A DNA stretch of 64,000 nucleotides. Source: Microbacter sp. GTDB lineage: Bacteria; Bacteroidota; Bacteroidia; Bacteroidales; Paludibacteraceae. The notes beneath the pieces are model-generated. The model worked only from the letters and a program-made list of their open reading frames with translations, was not told the origin of the DNA and did no database searches. Within the stretch, counting starts at the first letter, position 1. Each line of letters starts with the position of its first letter. Location: assembly GCA_049976245.1 (NCBI GenBank), contig JBMFIQ010000001.1, positions 1,265-65,264 of the forward strand. Direction: 5' to 3'. Below are positions 21,926 through 31,694 of the stretch, piece after piece. A program made the position numbers and the translations under genes.

Positions 21926-21933
21926 CAAAGATA
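21926..21933 (-). promoter_or_regulatory. -7 box (TATCTTTG) driving the riboswitch and receptor transcript
   Basis: TAnnTTTG match on the minus strand, about 65 nt upstream of the aptamer. Confidence 0.4.
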
Positions 21934-21995
21934 AGCAATCTTTTACAAAAATGAATGATTGTTTGTCAATCAAGAAGAAAAAACAGGCTGTTGCA

Positions 21996-22343
21996 TTACT
22001 TTTTTCCTGTTTTGTGAAGTTTTATTTGAACGGCATGCATTGTCACAAGACATCCTTTAAGCGAGGATTCCAACAAAGGTTCAATTTTTTCGTAGAATGA
22101 TTCCAGCACTTCTGTCTTATCAATCAGTTCAATCATCACTGGAAGTTTTTCGGTCAGTTCCCAAAAACGGGCACTCAAAATGTGGCTTGATTTCCCAAAA
22201 CCCATAATTCCGCGATAGGCTGTTGCACCTGTTACGCCATGAGCTTTGGCCTGTTGGACAATTTCTTCATACAATAATTTGTGGTTAAGCAAATCGGTGG
22301 TGCTCAGATAAAATTTCAAAACGCTGTATTCTTGTGTTTCCAT
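21996..22343 (-). CDS. DUF190 (PII-like) protein co-transcribed with crcB
   Basis: 115-aa ORF starting 16 nt after the crcB stop. The sequence (..KFYLS..D......LYEEIV..A...G..GATAYRGI.GFG) matches my memory of DUF190. Confidence 0.7.
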   Translation of the reverse strand: METQEYSVLKFYLSTTDLLNHKLLYEEIVQQAKAHGVTGATAYRGIMGFGKSSHILSARFWELTEKLPVMIELIDKTEVLESFYEKIEPLLESSLKGCLVTMHAVQIKLHKTGKK

Positions 22344-22358
22344 AGCTGTGTTTTATGA

Positions 22359-22736
22359 TTAAATAACCGAAGCTGCATTAAATCCAAGATAAACTGCCGT
22401 AAATCCCAACAAGATGCTGGCTCCTGTGTAAAGCAATGCCGAATAGGACAGTCCATTGTGCAGCAACATCAGATTTTCGTTTGCAAAAGTGGAAAAAGTC
22501 GTGAACCCGCCGCAAAATCCCACCATCAAAAACATGCGCCATTCCACGGTGAGGATGGTACGCTGTTCAACTATCCCGGTAAGAAATCCAATGATGAAGC
22601 ATCCTAAAACATTGACTAACAATGTTCCAACGGGAATTGAAAGGAATTGAATGTACAAGTTGATTTTCGAAACGTAATAGCGTGCAACACTCCCAATAAA
22701 TCCGCCGCTGCCAATAAGTAAAATCGTTTTGAGCAT
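22359..22736 (-). CDS. crcB: fluoride efflux channel CrcB/FluC
   Basis: 125-aa ORF with four TM helices and Fluc motifs (GGFIGSVARY, GFCGGFTTFSTF). Confidence 0.9.
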   Translation of the reverse strand: MLKTILLIGSGGFIGSVARYYVSKINLYIQFLSIPVGTLLVNVLGCFIIGFLTGIVEQRTILTVEWRMFLMVGFCGGFTTFSTFANENLMLLHNGLSYSALLYTGASILLGFTAVYLGFNAASVI

Positions 22737-23169
22737 GATGTGGAGAAAAAATGTTTGGTTTGTTGGTGTTTATGCCTTTTTTGTAATGCTAGGAATGTAT
22801 GGAACTTGTCAAATGGTCATATGCTTAATTATAAGCTTTTTTATGGCGCGTTTCATTGTCAAAGAGACTTGTGGTCATGGCACAATTGACAAGTATGTTT
22901 TCATTCAAGATCATTTTCTGCCAATCAATTGTTCTATTAAAGTCATGTTTTCAATATTCAAAGATACGATCAAGAAGCTGGAGAATCCTGTTTTTTTTGA
23001 TTTTCTTTGATTAGATTAAGCAGATTTTTGTCTTGGATCGATCATAAAATAGGAATTCTAAGCAGACAATGCGAAACCCGTCACAAATTGAGGACGAGTT
23101 TCGAACATTGATGCAACTGCGCTGAAAAAAGTTGATGTTTCCCTGTTCATATTCAGGAATGCCTTGCGG

Positions 23170-24390
23170 CTAAGATTTTTTGTTTGTTAAATAGTTTACC
23201 AATAAACCTTCTGCAAAATCAGGCGGCATGTGTCCTTTGGTGAAATTATAATAAAAATCAAAGCTCCATTTCATGATGAATGGCAATGTGCCGTTGAGCG
23301 TTTGATCGGTTTTTCTTCCATACAAAACATCAGAATAAATCATGGTGGCTTTGAAATTGGATCGTTCCATAATGCACAGTACGGCCGGTTCAAATGGTGG
23401 AATGACAACGTTGGCGCCCAGCTCTTTGGCAATGGTTTTGGCGGCAATGTCAGCCTGTAACACAGCAATATGGCCTAATTTTGGAACGGAAAGTGCCGTG
23501 GCGTCACCAGCGGCAAAAATATTGGGATAATCCAAATGCCTCATCTGTTGATCTGTCGGGATAAATCCGGCTTCATCGGCCAATCCGGCTTCAATGACAA
23601 AGTCGTATGGTTTGTATTCGGGCAGGATGATGGGCAACGAACAGCGTTCGCTGGTGCCATCGGTGAAATAGATCTTTTCGGCGTCCACTTTTTTCACCGT
23701 TTTTTCCGTGATCAGTCCAATTTGCTCTTGTTTCATGATCGCTCCTACGTTGTTGCGTACGTCATCTCCAACATCTTCAAAAAAGATTTTGGCCGGACTG
23801 AAAGCGGTGATTGGACTCACAGCACCAATTCCTTTGGAATCCAGAAATGCTTTGAGCATAAACATCACTTCTCCGACAGGTCCTTCGCAAGGAGCTAACA
23901 ATTTGGGTGCTTCAATGCGGCTACCTGATTTGTAAGGCATTGATCCAATGAATACAGGACCGCCTTCATAAGTTTGCAGCCGTCTCCACAATCGCGGAGC
24001 TTGTACGTCGTCGCAAACAGAATAGCCATATTCCCGAAATCCTTCAATGCCGTCATAATGTTTTTCAACACCGGGAGCTAAAACCAAGTAATCATACGAT
24101 TCTATGCCTCCTTCTTTCAGATAAATTTTCCTGTTTTTAGGATCAATGCGTGTGACTGATTCCTGAATCAGCAAATAGCCGTCAGCATCAACCGCTTTTT
24201 TCATTAGAAAACGGGCGTGTTCCACCGATTCTCCCTTGATGGCCACATCCGGTAAGCGTGGCTTGTTCAACGTGTTGGATCTGAAGTCGATTAGCACAAG
24301 TTCAATCCGGTGTCCCAGATGATGTCGGAGTGCATGCATGGTGGTAAGGCCGCCAAAACCTCCACCAACGATAACAATTCGTTTTTTCAT
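23170..24390 (-). CDS. NAD(P)/FAD-dependent oxidoreductase (NDH-2 / sulfide:quinone oxidoreductase-like)
   Basis: 406-aa ORF with the N-terminal dinucleotide fold KKRIVIVGGGFGGL and a late FAAGDA motif. Confidence 0.7.
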   Translation of the reverse strand: MKKRIVIVGGGFGGLTTMHALRHHLGHRIELVLIDFRSNTLNKPRLPDVAIKGESVEHARFLMKKAVDADGYLLIQESVTRIDPKNRKIYLKEGGIESYDYLVLAPGVEKHYDGIEGFREYGYSVCDDVQAPRLWRRLQTYEGGPVFIGSMPYKSGSRIEAPKLLAPCEGPVGEVMFMLKAFLDSKGIGAVSPITAFSPAKIFFEDVGDDVRNNVGAIMKQEQIGLITEKTVKKVDAEKIYFTDGTSERCSLPIILPEYKPYDFVIEAGLADEAGFIPTDQQMRHLDYPNIFAAGDATALSVPKLGHIAVLQADIAAKTIAKELGANVVIPPFEPAVLCIMERSNFKATMIYSDVLYGRKTDQTLNGTLPFIMKWSFDFYYNFTKGHMPPDFAEGLLVNYLTNKKS

Positions 24391-24474
24391 AAATTAATTT
24401 GGTATTAAGGGTTGTTTATAAAAGATTTTCTAAGGTGACTTTTCAGCATATTGGGCAAAGATTATTGATCAGGA

Positions 24475-26862
24475 TTAGATTTTCAATTTAATCCAGTCAT
24501 TGATTATCAAAGTGACAAAAGCAAAATAGAAAATAGAAGACACGACGACAGCCCACGAAACGGAAGTAAATCCAGCTAATCCCATCATCAAAAGCCAACT
24601 TACCAACAACGAGTCGGCTGTTAAGGCTAAAAGCAATAATTTCCCAATCGGTTGTTTGTAAAACCTTTTGTCGGTTCTGACAATGATGATGTTGAAAATG
24701 CTTGAAAAGAATAAAATGGCAAATCCCAATGAATGAATTTGATTAACATCGATCAAATGAAAATGGTTTTTGGCGACCCAAAACCAAAGAAGCGATTCGG
24801 ACAACATGAAAATGCCAATGATAAATCCCTTTTTTATTATTGGTTGAATATTCCAGGAGTTGGGGCTTTTTGACCACTCCACAATGTCGGTTGAAAGGGA
24901 TAATGTGACAAAATCGATTAGTAGAAGCAGCATTACCATGTCAAAGGCGTTCACCACAAAATAGCCGCTCAACAAATAGGTCAGACATACGAAGATAATC
25001 AAAGAAAAAGTTTTGGAAATTTTGTTCATCACCCAATTGGTAATGCGATGATGAGTCATTCTTCCAATGGTGATCAGATTTGTAATGCTTTCTAATCCCG
25101 ATTTTAACAAAATGACACTGGCTGCTTGTTTGGCCACATCGGTGGCCGACATGACGGCTATGCCTACTTCTGCTTGTTTTAAAGCGGGGGCATCATTGAC
25201 GCCGTCTCCTGTCATTCCGGTAATCTCGTGGTGTTTTTGCAAGTTCTTCACAATGTTGAATTTGTCTTCGGGAACCACTCCGGCAAATCCGTCGTTTTGA
25301 ATGATTAAGTCATGTGCGTCAAATGCGGAATCATCATTTCGTAACAACGATGCCGAAACGATGTTGTTCCCTATGCCAACTTCTCGCGCTATCTCTTGTG
25401 CAATGGGCAATGCATCTCCAGTCAGCATTTTAACTTTGACTCCAAGTGCTTTAATTTCCTGAATCAATTGGGCTGAATCAGGCATGGGCGGATCAATTAA
25501 AGCGGCGATTCCTACCAGTGAGACTTCTTCTCCTTTTTCAATGGCCACCGCTAAAGTTCTGAAGCCTTTTTCTGCCCATTCTTTAACAGTGTCATCAAAT
25601 GCAAATGATGAGTGATTGCTTAATGCCTTCAATGTTTCATAAGCCCCTTTCATGATTTTGAACGAAACGCCCTCTTTTTCAACTATTGCTTCAGTTCGTT
25701 TGATTTCTGCATTGAATGGGGTAAATGATACCTGTCGATAACCGTCGTTGTCAACGTTGTTTGCACGTGCTTTGTTGATAAATGCCATGTCAATCGGATC
25801 GTTGTTGGCTTCGACTGAGGCTAAAATGCCAAAACGCAACACGTCGGTTTCCGAGTAGGGAGAAGCTGCGGCAAGGCGTTCAACGGTTAATTTATTTTGA
25901 GTTAGCGTTCCTGTTTTGTCTAAACACAAGGTGGTGAGCGTAGCAGCATCTTCCGTGGCGCTTAACCGTGTCACCAAAACGCCTTTATCTGCCAACTCTT
26001 TGGCCCCTTTGGCCATGCTAACCGTAAACATGGCCGGTAATGCAATGGGAACGGCCGAAACCAATAAAATTAAGAGTAAAGGAAGAATGGACAAAAAAGC
26101 TACACCTCGAATCAGCGAAACACCAAAAGAGATGCCGACAAATACGATGACTATGAGAAACAGAATTTGGACGACCTTTGACACCACTTCTTCCATGTGC
26201 AAACGTGGCTTGGCGGTTTGAATCAATGCGGTGGTTTTTCCAAAAAAAGTATGGATACCGGTTGACGTGACTACTGCATTGCATTCTCCGTTTCTGACAA
26301 TGGAGCCGGAATACAGCATGTCACCTTCTTTTTTGTCTACAAACAATGATTCTCCGGTCAATGCTGATTGGTCGGCACTGAGGTTTCCTTGAATGATTTT
26401 TGCATCAGCCGTAATGAAATCACCCGTTCGAATGCGAAGAATATCACCTGGAACCAGTTCGTTTGCCATGATATTAACCCATTGTTTGTTACGCAAAACC
26501 CTCACGATAACCTGAAGTTTTTTCTTCAATGTTTCGACTGTTTTGGCCGATTGTAAATCCTGAAAAAGGCTTATTGCCGCATTGAAAATCATCAATCCGC
26601 CAATTAAGTAAACATCAATGTATCTGCCTAATAGAAGGGATACCAAAATGGTAATTTCCAGCATGAAAGCGGTCAGTCCCCAAAATTTTTTCGCAATAAG
26701 CAACAAAATAGAAGGTTTTTTTTCCTTTACCTCATTCAATCCGTATTGAGCTTGACGATCTTTTACTTCTGCATCCGACAAGCCGCGATCTTTTTCTACT
26801 TGAAGGTTTTTTAGTACTTCGTCAATGCTTCCTGATTCGTAAAAAGTGGAACTGCCATTCAT
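24475..26862 (-). CDS. P-type ATPase, type III-like (plasma-membrane H+-ATPase-like / Mg2+-type)
   Basis: 795-aa ORF with DKTGTLT, TGES, MLTGD and GDGVNDAPALKQA motifs. The N-terminus (GLSDAEVKDRQAQYGLNEVKEKKPS...) resembles the type IIIA proton pump start. Confidence 0.75.
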   Translation of the reverse strand: MNGSSTFYESGSIDEVLKNLQVEKDRGLSDAEVKDRQAQYGLNEVKEKKPSILLLIAKKFWGLTAFMLEITILVSLLLGRYIDVYLIGGLMIFNAAISLFQDLQSAKTVETLKKKLQVIVRVLRNKQWVNIMANELVPGDILRIRTGDFITADAKIIQGNLSADQSALTGESLFVDKKEGDMLYSGSIVRNGECNAVVTSTGIHTFFGKTTALIQTAKPRLHMEEVVSKVVQILFLIVIVFVGISFGVSLIRGVAFLSILPLLLILLVSAVPIALPAMFTVSMAKGAKELADKGVLVTRLSATEDAATLTTLCLDKTGTLTQNKLTVERLAAASPYSETDVLRFGILASVEANNDPIDMAFINKARANNVDNDGYRQVSFTPFNAEIKRTEAIVEKEGVSFKIMKGAYETLKALSNHSSFAFDDTVKEWAEKGFRTLAVAIEKGEEVSLVGIAALIDPPMPDSAQLIQEIKALGVKVKMLTGDALPIAQEIAREVGIGNNIVSASLLRNDDSAFDAHDLIIQNDGFAGVVPEDKFNIVKNLQKHHEITGMTGDGVNDAPALKQAEVGIAVMSATDVAKQAASVILLKSGLESITNLITIGRMTHHRITNWVMNKISKTFSLIIFVCLTYLLSGYFVVNAFDMVMLLLLIDFVTLSLSTDIVEWSKSPNSWNIQPIIKKGFIIGIFMLSESLLWFWVAKNHFHLIDVNQIHSLGFAILFFSSIFNIIIVRTDKRFYKQPIGKLLLLALTADSLLVSWLLMMGLAGFTSVSWAVVVSSIFYFAFVTLIINDWIKLKI

Positions 26863-26944
26863 CGAAAAGTTATTTTTAATTTGATTGAGTCATATAAAGT
26901 ACAAGAATCAAAGATGTTGCTTTTCGTTAATTAAAATGTTCTTA

Positions 26945-26952
26945 CAAATATA
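26945..26952 (-). promoter_or_regulatory. -7 box (TATATTTG) upstream of the P-type ATPase
   Basis: TAnnTTTG on the minus strand, 83 nt upstream of the 26862 start. Confidence 0.4.
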
Positions 26953-27113
26953 ACGATTTTTGAATCGTAAAACATTCATGTCAATCAATCCTAATCTTTT
27001 TAACTTTTATCGAACCGAGTTTTAAATGATACGCAGTAAAATGATTTTTACTTATTGTCTTGCGAAAGAATGAGATTTTTTACTTTTGTCATTCACATCC
27101 TTCACTTCTGTTT

Positions 27114-27121
27114 TATCTTTG
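27114..27121 (+). promoter_or_regulatory. -7 box (TATCTTTG) upstream of the Gfo/Idh/MocA gene
   Basis: TAnnTTTG 24 nt upstream of ATG 27145. A second match, TACTTTTG, lies at 27081-27088. Confidence 0.4.
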
Positions 27122-27144
27122 CCAAAACATTTAAATGATAAAAA

Positions 27145-28128
27145 ATGAAGGTTGATGTTGTTCGTTGGGGAATCATTGGAGCAGGCGATGTGTGTGAAGT
27201 GAAAAGTGGGCCTGCTTTTTATAAGATTGAACATTCCGAATTAGTGGCTGTAATGCGTCGAAATGCAGAAAAAGCCGCTGATTTTGCAAAAAGGCATGGA
27301 GCCAAACGATGGTACACTGATGTGAATGCGTTGTTGTCCGATGCCGAAATCAATGCCATTTACGTGGCCACGCCTCCCAGCTCTCATGCCGAATATGCCA
27401 TTCGGGCTATGAAAGCAGGGAAGGCCGTTTATGTTGAAAAACCGATGGCTATGAATTTCGCTGAATGCCGCCGGATGGTGGATGTTTCCAATGAAACCAA
27501 GATGCCGCTTTTTGTTGCGCATTACCGTAAGATGCTACCTTATTTTTTGAAAATCAAAGAACTCATTGATGCCGGACAAATCGGCAAACCATTGGCTGTG
27601 AATGTGTTTTTTGCGCGACCACCTTTGAGTTCCGATCTCAATCACGACCAACAGACATGGCGTGTAGATTCGTCTGTTGCTGGAGGCGGTTATTTGTTTG
27701 ATCTTGCGCCTCATGTCATTGACATTCTTGATTTTCTGATTGGTAAAATGGTTAAGGTGGCTGGTTTTAAAACCAATCAAGGAGGACTCTATCAGCCTGA
27801 AGATAGCGTATCGGCTTCCTTTGTTTTCGAAACAGGAGCTGTGGGAAATGCGCTTTGGGAGTTCGTTTCTGCTTCTGCTGCAACGTCGGATGTGGTTCAT
27901 GTCATTGGATCAAACGGACATCTTTGGTTTTCGGTTTTTGAATTCACGCCCATTGAGTTGGAAAATGCTACCGGCAAACAATCTTTTGTCACTGAGAAGC
28001 CAACTCATATTCAACAACCTATGATTCAAACGATTGTTGACGAACTGAGAGGAACCGGCTCTTCACCTTGTCACGGTGATGTTGGCGCAAGACCTAATTG
28101 GTTTATGGATCAGTTGCAATGGGCTTAA
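27145..28128 (+). CDS. Gfo/Idh/MocA-family oxidoreductase
   Basis: 327-aa ORF with an N-terminal Rossmann segment (VRWGIIGAGDV) and the EKP motif (VYVEKPMA). Confidence 0.85.
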   Translation: MKVDVVRWGIIGAGDVCEVKSGPAFYKIEHSELVAVMRRNAEKAADFAKRHGAKRWYTDVNALLSDAEINAIYVATPPSSHAEYAIRAMKAGKAVYVEKPMAMNFAECRRMVDVSNETKMPLFVAHYRKMLPYFLKIKELIDAGQIGKPLAVNVFFARPPLSSDLNHDQQTWRVDSSVAGGGYLFDLAPHVIDILDFLIGKMVKVAGFKTNQGGLYQPEDSVSASFVFETGAVGNALWEFVSASAATSDVVHVIGSNGHLWFSVFEFTPIELENATGKQSFVTEKPTHIQQPMIQTIVDELRGTGSSPCHGDVGARPNWFMDQLQWA

Positions 28129-28260
28129 TGTTTTTGTTTTGTGGAAAAACAGTTGAAAAAGGAATTACTCGAAGATTGACCATTGATGTGGTTGTTGAGC
28201 TTTTCATTGGATATAAATTACAGACTAATAATGCAATATAAATTAAAATTAAATAAACGT

Positions 28261-30882
28261 ATGAGAAAATCATTCATGATCACTGCTTCGGTGATTTTAG
28301 CCTTTATGGTTATTTTATTGGTCTTGCCTTTTGCTTTTTCAGGAAAAATCAATACCATCGTAAAGCAGGAAGCAAATAAAAAACTGAATGCTGTATTCAA
28401 TTATGAATCACTGCATTTGAATCTTTTCCGAAATTTTCCGAATGCTACCGTCGAAATCAATGATGTTTCGATCAAAGGCATTGATCGTTTCAAAAACGAT
28501 ACCCTTCTTACGGCGAAATCTTTTCGAGTGGTCATCAATTTGATGAGTCTTTTTGGAAATAAAGGGTATGAGGTGTCAAAGATTGCTCTGGATCAGCCTA
28601 TTGTTCATGCGGTTATTGATCAAAACGGTTTGGTGAATTGGGACATTGTTAAATCCGATACAACCAAACAGACTACCTCTTCTCCTTTTCACATCCGCTT
28701 GAAAAACGTTTCCGTCAAATCGGCTGTGATTTATTATATCGATTATCAAGCGCATCAGCAAATGGTTTTGAACGATTTTTCAGGTTCGCTTTCCGGTGAT
28801 TTTACGTCCGATTTGTCCAATTTAAAGACTCAATGTCACGTTGAGCATCTTTACTTTGATGACAACAAGGTCCGATTGTTGAGCAATGCCAAGGCTGATC
28901 TCAAAGCAACCATCGAAGCCAATTTTCAAAAGGAGATTTATTCGTTAAAAAATAATGAATTGAAAATCAATGATGTAGCGCTTCAATTTGATGGCTGGGT
29001 TGCCGTGCTTAAAGAGGGTTATCGCATGAATTTGAAACTGGTAACGCCTCTCATTTCGTTTAAATCGCTTTTATCCCTAATTCCATCGTTCTATACGGCC
29101 GATTACAAGTCATTACAGGCAGACGGGAAGGTTTCGTTGACGGGATCTTTAAATGGATTGTACAGTCAGGATTCTATTCCTTCATTTCGGTTTTCAGTGT
29201 CATTGTCCAATGGCCGGATGCAATATGCTCAACTGAAACAGCCTGTTACGGACATTAATTTGCAATTGATTGCCGAAGACAAAGGCAACAAACTCAGTCA
29301 GGCTACCATTGCCGTGCCTCGTTTCCATTTTGTGATTGGCCATAATCCGTTCGATTTTACCGGTTTTTTCAGCGATCTTCAGGGAAATACAAATTTCAAG
29401 ATGACATTGGCAGGATTATTGGATCTTTCCAATGTGCGTCAGTTTTATCCACCGGCTCAAGGTATTTCGTTGAGCGGAACCATCTCGGCCAATTTGGCTG
29501 CTTCAGGCACGATGGCTGCCGTGAAAGGAGATCGTTACAATGCCATTCAGGCGTCTGGTTCATTGCAAGTTAATCAGTTAACTTATCAAAGCAATTCGTC
29601 AAAAAAATTATCGATTCCCAAAGCAGTGTTGACATTCAATCAAAACAGTGCAACATTATCACAACTTTCCCTTCTTTATGGGAAAAGTGATCTCAATGCC
29701 AACGGGAAAGTGGACAATATTTTGCCGTATGTCATGTCGGGTCAAACCATTCAGGGCGCTTTGAAACTTTCGTCCAATTATTTGGATCTTAATGAATGGA
29801 TGGGTGCTTCCTCTTCAAAAACTACTTCAGCTGCGACAGCTTTTCAAGTGCCTAAAAACATTGATTTTGATTTAATAAGTTCATTGAAGCAAGTTTTTTT
29901 GAATACATTCGATTTTAGAAATGTGCTTGGAGAGGTTTCAATCAAAGATGGAATTTTGACATTGAATCATTTGCAAACCGATTTTTTGGGTGGTCAGGTG
30001 TCGATGAATGGGAATTACAATACAGCGATCGATCCGACAAAACCTTCTGTCGATTTCACCCTTCAGGTGCAAGATGCCAATTTTTTCAAAACGTATCAAA
30101 CATTGGATATAGCTAAAAAATTGGCTCCGATTTTTTCACATATTCAGGGTTCTTATCATTTGAACATGTCCATGAAAACCGATTTGGATCGTCAATTAAA
30201 TGTGATCTACAAAACATTCAACGCACAAGGGCTTTTAACTTCACATAACATTTCAGTGGGTGAAATTCCTGCATTGGATGCTCTATCGAATGCTTTGAAA
30301 ACGCAAGATCTTAAAAAGCTGAATGTAAAAGACATAAGCATTCCGTTTACCATAACTGACGGCTTGGTTCGAACGCCTCCTTTTGATTTGAAAGTGGCCG
30401 GTTATGCGTTGACTTTGGGTGGAACTACAGGGTTGGATCAATCCATTCAGTATCAAGGGAAAATTTCTTTACCGTCTCATCTTTCATCTCCATTGGGAGT
30501 TCCCATTTCCAATCTTCCATTTCAACTTTACGGGACTTTTTCACAGCCAAAAGTTAAATTGGACATGAATGCTTTGGGTAAGGAAATGGTTAGCGGAGCA
30601 GTCACAAAGGCCATCAATGCCATAGCCCCATCAGGTGTAGTGAAGCAAGCCGATATGGAACAACGCATCAATCAGATACGAGCCGACGCCAAAGCCAAAT
30701 CGGATGCGCTGTTGCAGGAAGCGCAAAACCGTGCCAATCAGTTGATCAGTCAGGCAAAAAATCCCTTTGCCAAGATGGCAGCACAAAAGGTAGCAGATAA
30801 AATCATGAATTCAGCTCGAAAACAAGCGGAGGATGTCCTCTCGAAAGCTGAATCGGAGGTACAAAAACTTCAAAATCAATAA
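28261..30882 (+). CDS. AsmA-family outer-membrane biogenesis protein
   Basis: ORF track 28183..30882. The likely start is ATG 28261 (MRKSFMITASVILAFMVILLV = single N-terminal TM helix). A long beta-rich body and an AsmA-like C-terminal region are followed by a coiled-coil tail. Confidence 0.7.
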   Translation: MRKSFMITASVILAFMVILLVLPFAFSGKINTIVKQEANKKLNAVFNYESLHLNLFRNFPNATVEINDVSIKGIDRFKNDTLLTAKSFRVVINLMSLFGNKGYEVSKIALDQPIVHAVIDQNGLVNWDIVKSDTTKQTTSSPFHIRLKNVSVKSAVIYYIDYQAHQQMVLNDFSGSLSGDFTSDLSNLKTQCHVEHLYFDDNKVRLLSNAKADLKATIEANFQKEIYSLKNNELKINDVALQFDGWVAVLKEGYRMNLKLVTPLISFKSLLSLIPSFYTADYKSLQADGKVSLTGSLNGLYSQDSIPSFRFSVSLSNGRMQYAQLKQPVTDINLQLIAEDKGNKLSQATIAVPRFHFVIGHNPFDFTGFFSDLQGNTNFKMTLAGLLDLSNVRQFYPPAQGISLSGTISANLAASGTMAAVKGDRYNAIQASGSLQVNQLTYQSNSSKKLSIPKAVLTFNQNSATLSQLSLLYGKSDLNANGKVDNILPYVMSGQTIQGALKLSSNYLDLNEWMGASSSKTTSAATAFQVPKNIDFDLISSLKQVFLNTFDFRNVLGEVSIKDGILTLNHLQTDFLGGQVSMNGNYNTAIDPTKPSVDFTLQVQDANFFKTYQTLDIAKKLAPIFSHIQGSYHLNMSMKTDLDRQLNVIYKTFNAQGLLTSHNISVGEIPALDALSNALKTQDLKKLNVKDISIPFTITDGLVRTPPFDLKVAGYALTLGGTTGLDQSIQYQGKISLPSHLSSPLGVPISNLPFQLYGTFSQPKVKLDMNALGKEMVSGAVTKAINAIAPSGVVKQADMEQRINQIRADAKAKSDALLQEAQNRANQLISQAKNPFAKMAAQKVADKIMNSARKQAEDVLSKAESEVQKLQNQ

Positions 30883-30962
30883 GGTGCTGTTATTTCAATG
30901 TCAGTTGTCCGAAAAAATTTCAAAAAAAAGGAGTGTAAATTGTTTGTTCATAAAAAAATAAT

Positions 30963-30970
30963 TACCTTTG
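30963..30970 (+). promoter_or_regulatory. -7 box (TACCTTTG) for rpmB-rpmG-DUF4295
   Basis: TAnnTTTG 45 nt upstream of ATG 31015. Confidence 0.5.
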
Positions 30971-31014
30971 CACTCCATTCTGTGAGAGAATAAATTATAA
31001 AATAAGCATACGCT

Positions 31015-31254
31015 ATGGCAAAGATGTGTCAAATAACAGGGAAGAAAGCAATGACGGGAAACAACGTTTCACATTCGAAACGCCGTACAAAGCGAGTGTT
31101 TGATGTAAACTTGTTTACACGCAAATTTTATTGGGTAGAACAAGATATGTGGATTAACTTGAAAGTTTCTGCTGCCGGACTTCGCACCATCAATAAGTTA
31201 GGCCTCAATGAAGCCATTCGCAGAGCGGCTGAAAAGGGTTATTTATACATTTAA
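31015..31254 (+). CDS. rpmB: 50S ribosomal protein L28
   Basis: 79-aa ORF beginning [27 protein letters not shown]. Confidence 0.95.
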   Translation: MAKMCQITGKKAMTGNNVSHSKRRTKRVFDVNLFTRKFYWVEQDMWINLKVSAAGLRTINKLGLNEAIRRAAEKGYLYI

Positions 31255-31269
31255 TTTTTAGGAGGCATT

Positions 31270-31458
31270 ATGGCAAAGAAATCAAAAGAAAGCAGAATCC
31301 AAGTCATTCTTGAATGTACTGAGCATAAAGAGAGTGGCATGCCGGGCACATCCCGTTACATTACCACGAAAAATCGTAAAAACACTCCGGGACGATTGGA
31401 GTTGAAAAAATACAATCCCATTCTAAAAAGAGTTACCGTTCATAAAGAAATCAAATAA
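31270..31458 (+). CDS. rpmG: 50S ribosomal protein L33
   Basis: 62-aa ORF beginning [20 protein letters not shown]. Confidence 0.95.
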   Translation: MAKKSKESRIQVILECTEHKESGMPGTSRYITTKNRKNTPGRLELKKYNPILKRVTVHKEIK

Positions 31459-31470
31459 AATCAGATAACT

Positions 31471-31623
31471 ATGGCAAAGAAAGCAGTTGCATCGTTGCAA
31501 ACAGGAGAAGGGCGTGCGTATGCCAAAGTGATTAAGATGGTGAAGTCTCCCAAAACAGGAGCTTACGTCTTCAAAGAAGAAATGGTGCATAACGACGAAA
31601 TAAAAACATTCTTCTCGAAATAA
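31471..31623 (+). CDS. DUF4295-family small protein
   Basis: Hand-translated 50-codon ORF missing from the track (below 60 aa): MAKKAVASLQTGEGRAYAKVIKMVKSPKTGAYVFKEEMVHNDEIKTFFSK. It occupies the conserved Bacteroidota position after rpmB-rpmG. Confidence 0.75.
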   Translation: MAKKAVASLQTGEGRAYAKVIKMVKSPKTGAYVFKEEMVHNDEIKTFFSK

Positions 31624-31645
31624 ATTAAACTTGTTGTTTCAACAT

Positions 31646-31678
31646 AAAAAAAGCCGCTTTTTTAGAGTGGCTTTTTTT
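31646..31678. terminator. bidirectional intrinsic terminator between DUF4295 and the convergent usp gene
   Basis: The AGCCGC (31652-57) / GTGGCT (31667-72) stem is flanked by an A-run upstream and a T7 run downstream. Confidence 0.65.
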
Positions 31679-31694
31679 ATGTCCCATGCCATTG

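Noticed and set aside
22729-23010. 93-aa plus-strand ORF in the crcB upstream spacer
   Set aside because: It has no promoter box or plausible start context and an odd Cys/Phe/Met-rich composition, and it overlaps the crcB start. It is most likely a chance ORF in AT-rich intergenic DNA.
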